Shown: piece by piece, positions 41,770-54,068 of the stretch
How positions within the stretch are numbered: position 1 is the stretch's first letter
Layout of the letters: every line of letters begins with the position of its first letter
Assembly: GCF_038025025.1 (NCBI RefSeq)
Contig: NW_027117338.1
Location: 248,001-312,000 of the forward strand
Direction of reading: 5' to 3'
From: Phyllosticta citribraziliensis
Taxonomy: Eukaryota
DNA: 64,000 bases
The notes under the pieces: generated by a model
Told to the model about the DNA's origin: nothing
What the model saw: only the letters and a program-made list of their open reading frames with translations
The model's database searches: none
Made by a program: the position numbers and the translations under genes

Positions 41770-44445
41770 ATGAAGTTTTCCCACAGCATCCAGTTCAACG
41801 CCGTGCCCGACTGGAGCAGCAACTACATTGCCTACAGCAATCTCAAAAAACTGTGCGTGCCCACCACATCCCAGCCGGTCCACCACCCCACTTGGCCGAG
41901 CGAGGCGGAGCAGCTTGGAGCACCGTGGCAGTGTCGTCTTGTCCTGACTGACTGTCGCCAGAATCTACCAGCTCGAAAAGCAGGTCCACCAGCGCGCCGG
42001 CCCCGACCTGCCAGACGCCGAGTCGTCGCCGCTCCTCGCTAGCGCCGCAGATGACCCTGACAAGACGTTTGTGACGGCCCTAGACCATGAGTTGGAAAAA
42101 ATCACGGCCTTTTACGAGGCCAAGGAAATGGAGGTTTTTACCGAGCTCGAGGCTACCCTGCACGAGGTGGAGCGCTATCTGAGCACCCAAGAGGCTTTCG
42201 ATCTGGAGGAAGAGGATGGCGCGCCGCCCTCGAGGCAGAGCTCGGGAAAGCGCAAGGCTAGCGTTTTTGGGTTTGGCTTTGGCAAGAGGCGGAAAAGCTT
42301 CATGGGAAACTCGATTGCCGAGGACGGCGAGGCAGAGAGCGACGAAGATGCCGACGAGAGTGCTGCCCTGCGCAAGACGCGGTCAAAAGATGGGGTGAGA
42401 AGGAGCTCCATGTCGTCCAGCGGCGTGCGGAGACGGCGAAGCCTCGCGTTTGACGACGAAAACGACATGTCCTTTTCCGCCCTCTACGACTCCATCATCA
42501 CCATCAAGAAGCGCACCGTCGGTCTCTACGTCAACATTTGTGAGCTGCGGTCCTTTGTCCAGCTCAACCGAACTGGTTTCAGCAAAGTGCTGAAAAAGTA
42601 TGACAAGATCGTGGACCGCAGCCTCAAGAGCGCCTACATGTCGAAAAACGTCGACCCCGCTTACCCCTTTCGCCAGTCGACCATGGATAGGCTTGCTGCG
42701 AATCTGTCGCGCGTCGAGCAGGCGTACGCGGACCTGTGCACCGAGGGCGACGTTGCGACGGCCAAGCGCGAGCTGCGCCTCCACCTGCGTGAGCACGTCG
42801 TCTGGGAGCGCAACACGGTATGGCGCGAGATGATTGGCATCGAGCGCAAGGCGCAGGCCGCCAATCTGGGCATCCGCCAGACGATGCTGGGCCGGGACGC
42901 CGAGGGCAAGCCGCGGCTGCAGGGCGACGACCCAGAGATGGCAACGAAGGAAATTCAGACGCCCGTCGGCCGTTATACGTGCCCGCGATGGCTGGTCAGC
43001 TCGACGTTTTATACGCTAATTGCCATCTTGGCCATCTTTCTGGTGCTGCTCTTGGTGCCTATAATGGACGTGCCGGAGCAGCAGAATTGCCTGGCGCTGG
43101 TGATTTTTGTCAGTTTGCTGTGGGCGACTGAGGTGAGTTGACCTTGTTGTTGATTGATGGACGGCGGTTGACTCTGTAGGCTATCCCCCTTTTCGTCACT
43201 TCCCTGCTCGTACCTTTTCTCGTAGTGGTGCTTCGTGTGGTGCGCGCCGAATCGCCGCCTCACACGCGCCTCAACTCCAAGGCGGCCGCCTCGTACATTT
43301 TTGCGGCCATGTGGACGCCCGTCATCATGCTGCTGCTCGGCGGCTTCACGATCGCGGCCGCGCTGAGCAAGTACAACATTGCCAAGATGATGGCGACGTT
43401 TGTGCTGTCCAAGGCAGGCACGCGGCCGCGGACCGTCCTCCTGACGGCCATGTTCGTCGCCATGTTCGCCAGCATGTGGATCTCCAACGTGGCGGCGCCC
43501 GTGCTGTGCTTCTCCATCATCCAGCCCATCCTGCGCAACCTGCCCTCCGACTCGGACATGAGCAAGGCGCTGCTGCTCGGCATTGCGCTCAGCTCCAACA
43601 TTGGCGGCGCCGCGTCGCCCATTGCGTCGCCGCAGAATCTGATTGCGCTGCAGAACATGGCGCCGCAGCCGGGCTGGGGCGTGTGGTTCTTCGTCGCGCT
43701 GCCCGTGTGCATCACGTCGGTGCTGCTCATCTGGGTGCTGCTGCTCGTGACGTTCCGCCCCGGGCGCAACACGACCATCGTGCCCATCCGCCGCATGAAG
43801 GACCGCTTCACCGGCATCCAGTACTTCATCAGCGGCGTGACGCTCCTCACCATCGCGCTGTGGTGCGTGACGCACCAACTGGAGCCGTACCTCGGCGACA
43901 TGGGCGTCGTGGCCATCATCCCGCTCGTCCTCTTCTTCGGCACCGGCATCCTGACCAAAGAAGACTTCAACAACTTCCTGTGGACCATCATCATCCTGGC
44001 GGCGGGCGGGCTGGCCCTCGGCAAGGCCGTCTCGTCGTCCGGCCTCCTCGCCACCATCGCCGCCCGCATCACCACCCGCGTCGAGTCCCTCAGCCTCTAC
44101 GGCGTCCTCGTCGTCTTCGCGGCGCTCATCCTCGTCGTCGCCACTTTCATCTCGCATACCGTCGCCGCCCTCATCGTCCTCCCGCTCGTCAAGGAGGTCG
44201 GCCAGGCCATGGCCGAGCCGCACCCCAACCTGCTCGTCATGGGGTCCGTCCTCATGTGCAGCGCCGCCATGGGCCTGCCGACGAGCGGCTTCCCCAACAT
44301 GACGGCCATTATGCTCGAGAATGAGGTCGGGAAGCGGTATTTGCAGGTGCGGCACTTTATTACGCGGGGTGTGCCGGCCAGCGTGCTTACTTTTGCGGTT
44401 GTGATTACGGTGGGTTATGGGCTTATGCTTGCGGCTGGGCTGTAG
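41770..44445 (+). CDS. PHO91: SPX-domain low-affinity phosphate transporter (Pho87/90/91, SLC13 family), probably vacuolar Pho91-like. Introns 41853-41961 and 43133-43179; possible CUG start at 41524
   Basis: MKFSHSIQFNAVPDWSSNYIAYSNLKKL, LNRTGFSKVLKKYDK, LREHVVWERNTVWREMIG, SMWISNVAAPVL, ASPIASPQN, SAAMGLPTSGFPN; acidic dileucine ESSPLL. Confidence 0.92.
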
Positions 44446-44595
44446 TGGGCGCTGCTGTGGGGTGGGGTGGAGACGAGGAGATGAGGAGGGAAGGGGAGAG
44501 GATAAGAGGAGAGAAGAGCGTGCCGCGAGGCCCCCGTCAGTCAGTCAGTCAGTCGGCTGGGCTACATGTACACAAAACACATCTAGGTACTCCAT

Positions 44596-44660
44596 CTACC
44601 TACATACCTAACTACCTACCTACCTACCTACCTACCTACCTACCTACCTACCTACCTACC
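44596..44660. repeat. (CTAC)n tetranucleotide microsatellite
   Basis: About 12 perfect units at 44612-44660, between the convergent PHO91 and AAA genes. Confidence 0.95.
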
Positions 44661-44956
44661 CACCAATAACTCTACATAAATGCAAAACGGAAAATGGAAA
44701 CACTGAATGCAACGACTGCATCGTTTTGGAGTGGTGGACACGCTACACTCACTGTACACGCATAGATGACAGAGCGACGTTAGCTGGTGAACATATTAAA
44801 TTGCCGGCATACCATCCATCCATTCATCCATCTAAATCGCTATCCATAACCCCCCATCTCCCCCTCCCCTTCCCATACCCAACCTCCTCCATACCTCCCC
44901 CTCCCCCTGCCCCTCCCCCTCCTCTCCCTCTTCCTTCCCCCACCCCACCATCTCAT

Positions 44957-47900
44957 CTACTTCCTCACCCTAACAGCCTCCTCGCCCGCCTCCCACGCGT
45001 TGGTCTGGAACCCCCACGCGCTCTTCTTCTTCTTATTGCGTCGGTTGTCGCCGAACTGGTCGTCGAACTTGCGGATGGACACCAGGCTGGCCATGTCTTC
45101 GCTGATGCTGGCGCCGATCTCCTCGAAGGCGGCGGCGAAGTGGCGGGCGTGGAGCGTGCGGCGGGCGGGGTAGAGGGATGGAGAGGGTTGGGAGGGTTGG
45201 GGTTCTTTGGGGGGTGTGGGTTGTGAGGGGTGTGAGGAAGGTGTGGGGGGTGTGGAGGGTGTGGAGGATTGGGATTCGGGGGATGATTGGGGTTCTGGGG
45301 AGGCCTCCGCCTCCTGTTGTTTCTTCTTCTCCGCCGCCGCGACGTTCTCTTCTTTGACACAGTTGAGTGCGGCGGCAACGCACAAATTCTTCAAATCGCT
45401 GCCCGAGTAAAACGGCGTGCGCTTCGCCACGTCGCCCAAATCGAGCCCCTCATCCAGCAGCTCGCCCTTCAAATGGATGCGCAAAATCGCCTCGCGGTCC
45501 TTCTCGGTGGGCAAATCGACGAGCACGCGGCGCGGCAGGCGGCGCAGCACGGCGTCGTCCATGTCGAACGGGCGGTTGGTCGCCACCATGATGAACACCG
45601 ACAGGTCGTTCATGCCGTCCCACTCCTTGAGGAACTGGTTGAGCGTGTCCTTCTGGTGCGCCTTGTGCTTGCCGCCGGCGCGCGTGCCGAACAGCGAGTC
45701 GGCCTCGTCGATGAAGACGACGCACGGCGAGAGCTTGCGCGCGAGGCTGAACACCGCCCGCACGTTCTTCTCGCTCTCGCCGACCCACATCTCGTAGATT
45801 TCGGAGGCCGAGATTTGCAGGACGGTTGCGCCCGACTCTTTGGCGACGGCTTTGGCGAGCAGCGTTTTGCCCGTGCCCGGCGGCCCGTAGAGCAGGAGGC
45901 CCGGCATCTTGTCGTTGGCGAGGACGCCGTATTTGAAGGCGTCGGGCCGCTGCATCGAGAGGGATATCAGCGTCTTGAGGGCGTCCTTGGTCTCGTCGGG
46001 CACGTGGACGTCGTCGAAAGTCGTCTTGATGGCCTTGGGGTCGACGATGCCCGGGAGGAGCTTCTTCTCCGTCTTATCCGCAGACTTGGCCACGGCATCC
46101 AGAGTCGACTGCGACTCGCTCTTCGGCGTGGCGTTCATCGTCTTGAATGACAAGCGCGCCGACTCGAGCAGTCTTTCGTTCGTCGCCCACGACAGCTTGA
46201 CGTCGTCGCTGAGCCGCAGCAGCAAGATGGCAAGTTGGACGACCAGCCGGCTGGCGTGTTGTGTCCGGGTCGTGGCCCTGAGCAGCCCAACGATAGTCTG
46301 CGCCAGCCGGTGCACCTCGTGGAATGCAAGGACGCGACGATTCAGGTGTGGTCCCGTAAGCTCGATGGCCCTACCTTCGTTGTCGTACCAGTCTTTGCTC
46401 CTCTCGTACACATCGTGGCGACGGCTTTCGTCGGCGTACACCGGATCCAACGCGTTGGGGTCGAGCTGACCAATCATGTCGAAAATGTGGCGGACATTGA
46501 TATCTCGGACGCGCAAAAACTCTTCCTTGGTCAGATCGAGGCCTTCCCCAAAAGTCTCGTTCCGTCTGTCCACGGCCGAAGCGAGCGAGTCGATGGTGAT
46601 GGGACCAAGAGGCACCACAATCGTCCGCGCAAAGTCGGTTTCGTTTTCAGCTTGCATGCGGCGCACTCCGGCGCGCGAGACTTCGGGGAACAGTTCTGTG
46701 GATGATGTGATGCCGACAATCATGATTTCCTCGCCGTCCTCTCTCCTCTTGCGAACAATGTCGGTGAGCCTGTCGATGATGTGTCCTCCGTGCTGTGTTG
46801 TACTCAGCTCCTTGTAGTCCTTGATGAGAACAACGGTGCGCTTTCGCTCAGGCCCGGGTATCTTGGGAACATTCTGCAGGCTCTTATCCAGGGTCAGGCG
46901 GAAAGATTTTGTCTGGCCAAGAACAAGTTTCTCCTCCTCTCCTTCAGTCTGTGCCGTGTTCACTTCCGCTGGCTGGGAATTCTGACTCTCGGTTCCGGTA
47001 TTTGTCGATTTCAAGGTTTGGTCTTGTAATCTTGTCCGCTTGGTAGAGGGCGCATCAAGCAAGGCTTTCAAAGAGGCGTCGAGCTTGATTTCATCCCACT
47101 GGGGAGAAGAAGGGCGGTTGACACCAATTCCAGTGCCAAGCATCTCACCTGGCATTGGGCCATTCGGTCTTCGTCCGTCTATTGCTTTGAACAAGTCTGA
47201 AAATGAAGCTCTTGCGGGGAAGCCTTGGATTATGAAGGCTTGCCGTTTACCGTTGCCTCTTGGTCTAGGAACCGGATGCGTGTGCTCTTGAGATTCTTCG
47301 CCCTCTTCCTCTTCTGGTTCTTCAAATTCCTCCTCTTCCGCAATGTTTTCGAATTGTGACCGGTGCGTCTGGTATCCGAGGTATCTCAGGGACTGCGAAG
47401 CAAGGTCGGAGCCTTCGCCCACGTATTCACCAACAAGCTCGGCAATGTCCTGGGGACCAAGTGTGACCAAGTCAGCCTGTAACTTGTTCGAAATATCTTG
47501 GACCAAGTCTTCCAGTTGAGGAATACCACCGTCGACGGGACAGTGCAGGACAAGGTTGGACTTGGCGGCTGGGAAAGAGTTGGCATTCTCCGGATGTTTT
47601 GCGTGGAGACTGCCCGCCATCGCCGTGAGAGTCTCGAGGTAAAGGCTGAAATGAACACCCAGGTCTTCCTTGAGCTTCCACTTGGCCGGTCCAGAACCAT
47701 TTTCAGTCTTTGCGCCTTCAGCATCCCGATAGTATTTGTTGATAAGTTGCAAGAACCCAGAGTAGAAAGCAGCCGCGTTGGTTACATTTTCTTTCTGGTC
47801 CTGCTTTTCTTTTGCAGTGGTCTCGAGGGCGTCCCACAGCTTTGGAGGCATGGGCAGCGCTAGCCGAAGCAGCTCTTCTTCCTCTTCCGAGATACCATTG

Positions 47901-48397
47901 ATACACAAGCTACCCTCAATCTTCGGTTTCCCATCAGAGGGAGCACCAGGCTTCGCCTCATCATGGAGCGCAACGTTAAGGCGCAAGAACCAGGGTGGTA
48001 TGTGAACAGGCGGTATGCCGCTGGCTTGGTTAACTCCGTTGACCTTGCTCAACTGGCTCGAGAACCGCTTGATCTTCTTCCTGGCGGCTTGTATTTCCGC
48101 CTTCAAGTACTCAGCATTGTTCTCCGCAGCCTCGACTCCTCGCGCCAGCTTGACTGCTGGAGCGGGGTCCGGTTGGTTCTGGTCCCCGGTCGGGGCGACA
48201 TTGTCGTCTTTCGGTGGCGGGTCCGATGCTTGCGCGCTTGATTCGGGACCCTGCGAATCTTTGGAGGCGTCGTCCGCTTTCAGGGCTCGAGTGGTTCGGT
48301 GGAATGGTCTGTTGCGAAGCGGTCGACGCTGGCCTGCGACGAAGGCCGCTGGGAATTTGGGTCTGCAACGAACCGTTCTCCACGTAACGGCGTGCAT
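44957..48397 (-). CDS. Large mitochondrial AAA ATPase with a C-terminal Msp1/spastin-like AAA domain, about 1146 aa
   Basis: Arg-rich presequence MHAVTWRTVRCRPKF...RPFHRT; Walker A GPPGTGKT; Walker B VVFIDEAD; SRH VATNRPFDMDDAVLRRLPRR; YSGSDLKNLC. Confidence 0.88.
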   Translation of the reverse strand: MHAVTWRTVRCRPKFPAAFVAGQRRPLRNRPFHRTTRALKADDASKDSQGPESSAQASDPPPKDDNVAPTGDQNQPDPAPAVKLARGVEAAENNAEYLKAEIQAARKKIKRFSSQLSKVNGVNQASGIPPVHIPPWFLRLNVALHDEAKPGAPSDGKPKIEGSLCINGISEEEEELLRLALPMPPKLWDALETTAKEKQDQKENVTNAAAFYSGFLQLINKYYRDAEGAKTENGSGPAKWKLKEDLGVHFSLYLETLTAMAGSLHAKHPENANSFPAAKSNLVLHCPVDGGIPQLEDLVQDISNKLQADLVTLGPQDIAELVGEYVGEGSDLASQSLRYLGYQTHRSQFENIAEEEEFEEPEEEEGEESQEHTHPVPRPRGNGKRQAFIIQGFPARASFSDLFKAIDGRRPNGPMPGEMLGTGIGVNRPSSPQWDEIKLDASLKALLDAPSTKRTRLQDQTLKSTNTGTESQNSQPAEVNTAQTEGEEEKLVLGQTKSFRLTLDKSLQNVPKIPGPERKRTVVLIKDYKELSTTQHGGHIIDRLTDIVRKRREDGEEIMIVGITSSTELFPEVSRAGVRRMQAENETDFARTIVVPLGPITIDSLASAVDRRNETFGEGLDLTKEEFLRVRDINVRHIFDMIGQLDPNALDPVYADESRRHDVYERSKDWYDNEGRAIELTGPHLNRRVLAFHEVHRLAQTIVGLLRATTRTQHASRLVVQLAILLLRLSDDVKLSWATNERLLESARLSFKTMNATPKSESQSTLDAVAKSADKTEKKLLPGIVDPKAIKTTFDDVHVPDETKDALKTLISLSMQRPDAFKYGVLANDKMPGLLLYGPPGTGKTLLAKAVAKESGATVLQISASEIYEMWVGESEKNVRAVFSLARKLSPCVVFIDEADSLFGTRAGGKHKAHQKDTLNQFLKEWDGMNDLSVFIMVATNRPFDMDDAVLRRLPRRVLVDLPTEKDREAILRIHLKGELLDEGLDLGDVAKRTPFYSGSDLKNLCVAAALNCVKEENVAAAEKKKQQEAEASPEPQSSPESQSSTPSTPPTPSSHPSQPTPPKEPQPSQPSPSLYPARRTLHARHFAAAFEEIGASISEDMASLVSIRKFDDQFGDNRRNKKKKSAWGFQTNAWEAGEEAVRVRK

Positions 48398-48671
48398 TCG
48401 GTGCCAACTGGGGTCAGACGAGCTCGCAGATGGGCGAGGCTCGTAATCCTTTGAAAGAGGGGGAAAGGAAGAAGGTGGTGGCGGTGGAAAGATGGTTCTT
48501 GAGAAATGTTCGCCATTGAGGCTCGCCGGATGACAAACACGACAAACGTGCCAAGTCACTAAGCCCTACGCCCGGACCCGGACCTCGTCGCGAGTCCGCT
48601 CGGTCCTCCGCCGGGGAACTTTTCTGAACATTTGCGCTGCATCTCCAGCTTCAACAGTCGAATGCTCCACC

Positions 48672-50381
48672 ATGGCAAGGACCGCAGCTCTCGACTCCGC
48701 CAAGCACGCGCCCACCGACATCCTCGGCCCTCCTCCGACCTCTGAGGGCAAGGAACTTGCGCCACCCAAAAACAAAAAGTCAAAATCCGAAGCCTCCACC
48801 GCCGACCAAGATGCTGTCGCAACAGCAGTCCGCCTCCAAGCCGCCGAAAAGACCTATGGCCGCGAGGGGCCCAAGGTCAAATCCCGGGACATCAAGGACA
48901 AGAAGTTGAGGGCCGAAGTCCGGCGGCAGGAGCAAAAGCGCAAAGATGCAGCACTAAAAGCGCACGACGCCGAGATTTTGTTGGAAAACCAGTCTGGATT
49001 CCTCGAGGCCGAAGGCGATCTGGAAAGGACGTACAAGGTCAAGCAGGGCGACATTAAACAAGATGTTGCGGTAGAGACTGCGAAAAAAGGCTTCGAGCTG
49101 CGATTGACCGACCTTGGGCCGTACGCCTGCGATTACACGCGGAATGGCCGAGACTTGCTGCTGGCAGGAAGAAAAGGTCATATTGCGACGATGGACTGGC
49201 GAGACGGAAAGTTGGGCTGTGAGCTACAGCTCGGAGAGACCGTCAGAGACGCCAAATGGCTGCACAACAACCAGTACTTTGCTGCAGCACAAAAGAAGTA
49301 CGTCTACATTTACGACGCCCAGGGTGTTGAAATCCACAAGCTTCAAAAGCACATCGACGTCACCCATCTCGAATTCTTGCCCTACCATTTCCTCCTCGCA
49401 TCAGTCGGGAATGCTGGCTACCTCAAGTACACGGACACTTCGACCGGCCAAATGGTCATCGAGCTTCCAACCCGACAAGGCTCTCCTACCGCATTCGCGC
49501 AAAACCCTTACAACGCAATTGTTCACGTCGGACACCAAAACGGCCAAGTCAGTCTGTGGTCACCCAACTCGACGGAACCACTGGTAAAATTACTGGCACA
49601 CAAGGGCCCTGTAAGATCAATGGCAATGGATAGAGAAGGGCGATACATGGTCACGGGAGGTCAAGATATGAAGATGGCCGTGTGGGACATTCGAATGTTC
49701 CGCGAAGTCAACAACTACTACACGCGGCAACCAGCGTCTTCGATTGCAATTTCAGACCGGAACCTCACAGCCGTCGGCTGGGGCACACAAACTTCCATTT
49801 GGAAGGGCTTGTTCGACAAGGCGGTCGAAGATCAAGAAAAGGTGCAGTCGCCCTACATGGCTTGGGGCGGCGAGGGCAACCACATTGAGCGCGTGCAGTG
49901 GTGCCCATTCGAAGATATCCTCGGCGTTTCTCACGACAAGGGCTTCTCGAGCATCATCGTTCCAGGCGCTGGAGAAGCCAACTTTGATGCCCTCGAGGCA
50001 AACCCGTACGAGACTGTGAAGCAGAGGCAGGAGTCCGAGGTCAAGTCGCTGCTCAACAAACTCAAACCTGAAATGATTTCACTCAACCCCAACTTCATCG
50101 GTGACGTCGACCTAGCGTCAGCCGAAACGCGGAGGCGCGAAAAGGATCTGGATGCAAAGCCCGAGGACCACGTGGCAAAGCTGAAGAATAAAGGACGCGG
50201 CAAGAACAGCGCGCTGAGAAAGTTTTTGAGGAAGAGAGGAAACAAGAACGTCATTGATGAGAAGAGGATGCGGATGCAGCAGGCGTTGAAAGAGCAAAAC
50301 AAAAGGGTCAAGGCTGGTTTGGAGAGGGAAAAGGAGGCCTATGGCCCGGCTCTTGCACGGTTTGCTAAAAAGCCGACTTGA
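48672..50381 (+). CDS. UTP7: U3 snoRNA-associated WD40 protein Utp7 (WDR46/BING4), 569 aa
   Basis: YTRNGRDLLLAGRKGH, LEFLPYHFLL, QNPYNAIVHVGHQNG, CPFEDILG, IIVPGAGEANFDALEANPYE..KQRQESEV..LLNKL. Confidence 0.96.
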   Translation: MARTAALDSAKHAPTDILGPPPTSEGKELAPPKNKKSKSEASTADQDAVATAVRLQAAEKTYGREGPKVKSRDIKDKKLRAEVRRQEQKRKDAALKAHDAEILLENQSGFLEAEGDLERTYKVKQGDIKQDVAVETAKKGFELRLTDLGPYACDYTRNGRDLLLAGRKGHIATMDWRDGKLGCELQLGETVRDAKWLHNNQYFAAAQKKYVYIYDAQGVEIHKLQKHIDVTHLEFLPYHFLLASVGNAGYLKYTDTSTGQMVIELPTRQGSPTAFAQNPYNAIVHVGHQNGQVSLWSPNSTEPLVKLLAHKGPVRSMAMDREGRYMVTGGQDMKMAVWDIRMFREVNNYYTRQPASSIAISDRNLTAVGWGTQTSIWKGLFDKAVEDQEKVQSPYMAWGGEGNHIERVQWCPFEDILGVSHDKGFSSIIVPGAGEANFDALEANPYETVKQRQESEVKSLLNKLKPEMISLNPNFIGDVDLASAETRRREKDLDAKPEDHVAKLKNKGRGKNSALRKFLRKRGNKNVIDEKRMRMQQALKEQNKRVKAGLEREKEAYGPALARFAKKPT

Positions 50382-51356
50382 AGGGATAGTTCTGTCTACA
50401 TTTTCTCTGAAAGGAGCTAGGAGCTTTCAGGAGCTGGAGTCTGAGCAGTCGCAAATGCGCACAGAGCCACCACCTATGATTGCTTGCAAGCGCATGGAAT
50501 CAGCAAAACTTGGGCAACTATTACAGCTCAGGCGCGTGGCCAGGCCGCATGCCCGAAGAAGCTGTCAACGTGTGGATATGGCATCGGACGCTGTTGCATC
50601 AAAAATTATACCCCTTTGACAGGAAGACGGCAGGGAAAAGTACCTATAGAACGAATTGATGTTTGCTGGACCATTTCCGTCACGGCATGGAACTTGTGGT
50701 GAATATCAATCACGCACTCCGGATTATGGATCTGTCCAAGTCCACGCGTGAGAAGATCAAGCCAACCGAACCAACCCCTCGGCCCCGACGCGATCCAAAA
50801 TCTCGACCGAAATTAGGTCGAACTTTGGACGAGCAAGACGTTTGAAGTTGACCTGTTGCTGCAGTGTGCCGAAAAGGGTTTAGTTTCAAAAATGTCCACG
50901 CTCAAACTGTAGGCAGCTTTTAGTGATCGTGGCTTTCCTCATTGTTGTTGAGATGGCGTCATAGAGAGGCCCAATTCATTCTGTCTTTCGGATTTTTAGG
51001 ACATGCATTGGTCTTGGCCTGCTCATGGTTTCTGTCTATTAGATGAATGGTAGATGATGTCACGGAATTCAAGCTTAAGAGCTTATGCAGTTCTTCGTTC
51101 GCGCGGTTGTTACCGAATCTAGGTATGTAGCTGACGGAAGCTGGTGCGAATTCGCAATTTCACTCAGCAAGCTCAAAGTCGCGAAACAAGGTCGACAAAA
51201 TCCCGAGGCATAGAGTTGAGGACCAACGAAGTAAATGGAGCAGGCAGCAAAATGATTCCGCCCCGACGAAACTAGTATGCTTTGGGGGCGGACAGAGTTG
51301 CTCTTCGGATTCGTATCGCAACCCGTCGCTCCACCACCGTTCCTCACCACGACAAC

Positions 51357-52486
51357 ATGGCCGCCCAGAAGAAATCAGTGTTGATCACAGGGTATGCATA
51401 GCTCCAATTGATTCTCTCATTCCATGGCTAATACATCAACAGCTGCAGCTCAGGCATCGGGCACAGCCTGGCCCTCGAGTTCCACCAAAAAGGTGCGCAA
51501 CCCCGCAAACCACCAGTCCTCCGCGCCCGTCTCTCGCGTCTCGTGCTCACAACAGCTCCCTCGCAGGCCTCCGCGTCTTCGCCTCTGCCCGTCGCGCCGA
51601 ATCGCTCGCAGACTTGGCCGAAGTCGGCATCGAAACGCTGTCGCTCGAAGTCGACAAGCCCGACTCGGTGCGCCAGGTGCGACGCGAGATTGAAGAGTTG
51701 ACCGGCGGCACGCTCGACTACCTCGTCAACAATGCTGGACGCAATTACACAATGCCAGCGATTGACGCCGATATGGAACAAATCCGGCAGACGTTTGAGG
51801 TCAACGTTTTTGCCGTCATGCACATTTGCCAGGAGTTTGCGCCGCTGTTGATTGCGGCCAAGGGCACGATTGTGCAGATTGGAAGCGTGGCTGCGGAAAT
51901 GTGAGTCTTACATATATTCTATCGCGGAGTTGGATGCTGACGGCAATTTGACAGGCCCTACGTCTTGGGAAGTGAGTGGTTCCAGAGTACATGCTGGCGC
52001 CATGAGGCTGACGCATCCAGGTATCTACAACGCATCCAAGGCCGCGCTCCACCAGTACAGCAACACCCTCCGCGTCGAGCTCGCTCCCTTTGGTGTCAAG
52101 GTCGTTACCATTGTGACTGGCGGCATCAAGTCCAACATTGCGCGTGAAGCGCGACAGCTCCCAGAGAACTCGTACTACATTCCCATTTCGCAGGAATACC
52201 AGAGGCGGTTGACGCACAGTCAAGAGGGCGCAATGCCCAACGAGGAATACGCAAAGAGTGTGGTTGCGAAGGTTCTCAAGCCTAACCCGCCCAAGTGGGT
52301 TTGGGAGGGCAACATGGCGTGGATCGTGTGGTTTGCGACCAGCTTCTTCCCAAAGACAATTTTGGTGGGTCTATGCTTCGATGAAAGGCTTTGCTCTTGA
52401 CTGACACGGTCTAGGACTCCATTTTCTGGCGCATGTTCAATCTTTGGAAGCTAGTCGGCACCACCAAGACGAAGAAGGACGACTAA
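51357..52486 (+). CDS. AYR1: Short-chain dehydrogenase, Ayr1-like (1-acyl-DHAP reductase). Introns 51392-51442, 51493-51566, 51901-51954, 51972-52020, 52365-52414; 17-nt micro-exon 51955-51971
   Basis: SVLITGCSSGIG, LDYLVNNAG, YNASKAALHQYSNTLRVELAPFGVKV. Confidence 0.87.
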
Positions 52487-54068
52487 TTCTGGTTATTCCT
52501 TGAGTAGTTGTTTGATCTATTGAGTAAGTCGTGGAGATATCCTGTACAGCCAATATGCAGAGGCGATCAAAGTAGTCGAATACCAGTTCGTTGAATGTCG
52601 TACAAGGGTTTTCGTCCTTGATTCCACTTACTGTCCAGATCCGACGTCTACAACGGGCCCAAGTCCCCCAGTGAGAAGAAGATGAAGAAATATTGGATTG
52701 TTGGGATTCAGCATTGAGACATGGTCGAGAAGCACACTGGCTAGAAACACCCTAGAGACAAATCGACGTCACACCACGCCTTCCCTCTCCGCCTTACGCC
52801 GCCAGCTACCACATGGTTGACATTGGCGCTGATTCTTCCCTGCCACCGCAGCGTCCATCAATTGGGCTGGCAGAGATAGTCTCAAAATAAGACTGGCGCG
52901 GCTCTCCGAGGCCGGCCCGGCGTCCCTGCGGCGTTTCCAGCCACCCCAAACGAGACGCGACTAGCGCCGCCCAACCCGAAGCCTTTGCCTATTCGACGTC
53001 ATCACTGGTCTGCGGAATCCTGCGGAGTCAGTGGAAGAGGAGAGGGCTGAGGACGTGGCGGAGCAGACAGGCGGATGGTCAGGATCGGTGTGCGAGTACC
53101 CCGCCATGTCTGCACAACCATCACGAAAATTGTGAAACAAACAGAGACCATAATGTACGGAACCCCTCTCGTGGCGGGCCAGGCTCGGTGGCTGCATTGG
53201 GCTGGGGCGAGCTCGGTGTGGTCATCGCTTGGACGCTACTGGGACTAGTTTGCCATTCGGCCGTGAAGAACTCGAATTGATCCAGTCGAGCGAAAGACGT
53301 GAGTAATCGGAATTGAGAGGTGCAACCACTTGGTAGAGTTGTAGTACCACGGTTGAAAAATTGCAGGGTTTACCGCATCCGCCGACAGTCGCGTGCACTC
53401 TGCACGCACAGTGCAAACGACGACTACTTGACTGTTTGGCCTAGCTGAACCACGGGTCTCTCCCCTCGCTTCTCCATGTTGTCCAGGCCAAGCCCGCCGG
53501 TAGGCGCAAGCCGCCAGATGTGCCTGGCACCCCGGCAGCTGCGGCTGGAAAGCCGCCTGTAAGCGTCTCTCAACAAGTCTGAGAACATGGCTCGCTTTGT
53601 CTTGACGCTTCGACAAGCTACCAAAGTCTTCAATTCGTCGTGCTGGCTATCATTTTACCGGTTCCAACGGCTCCCTGCATTGTGGCAGCTGACATGGCTT
53701 CAGAGCCGCTGTATCCAGCCTCTGGTTCTACAAACGTCTAGCCCTTGGAGACATCGATAAGAACCATCAGCTCCCACTTGCTTCCTTTTTGGTCTGTTTG
53801 CAGCTCCTCGTGCGCCACTTTCAGCGAAGACAACCTCGCTTTTTATCTCTGTCTCTACTATCTGCTTCCATCCGAGAGCTCCCGTCAGCAATTGGCTCGC
53901 CCGCCATCAACAGACTCCCTCAAGCCATAGCTTCCGGCTGACGGCTCACCGGTTGAGACGAGGTCCACCTGCGCTTTACTAGCTCCTGTTGACATATAAC
54001 AAACCGCGCGGTTCCATTCCTCCCCGTTTGACATTCCAATCTCAAGTGCCCAACCAACTTTACGCACC

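Noticed and set aside
43009..44355. 448-aa antisense ORF and other alternative-frame ORFs in PHO91
   Set aside because: Artefact of very high GC and codon bias.
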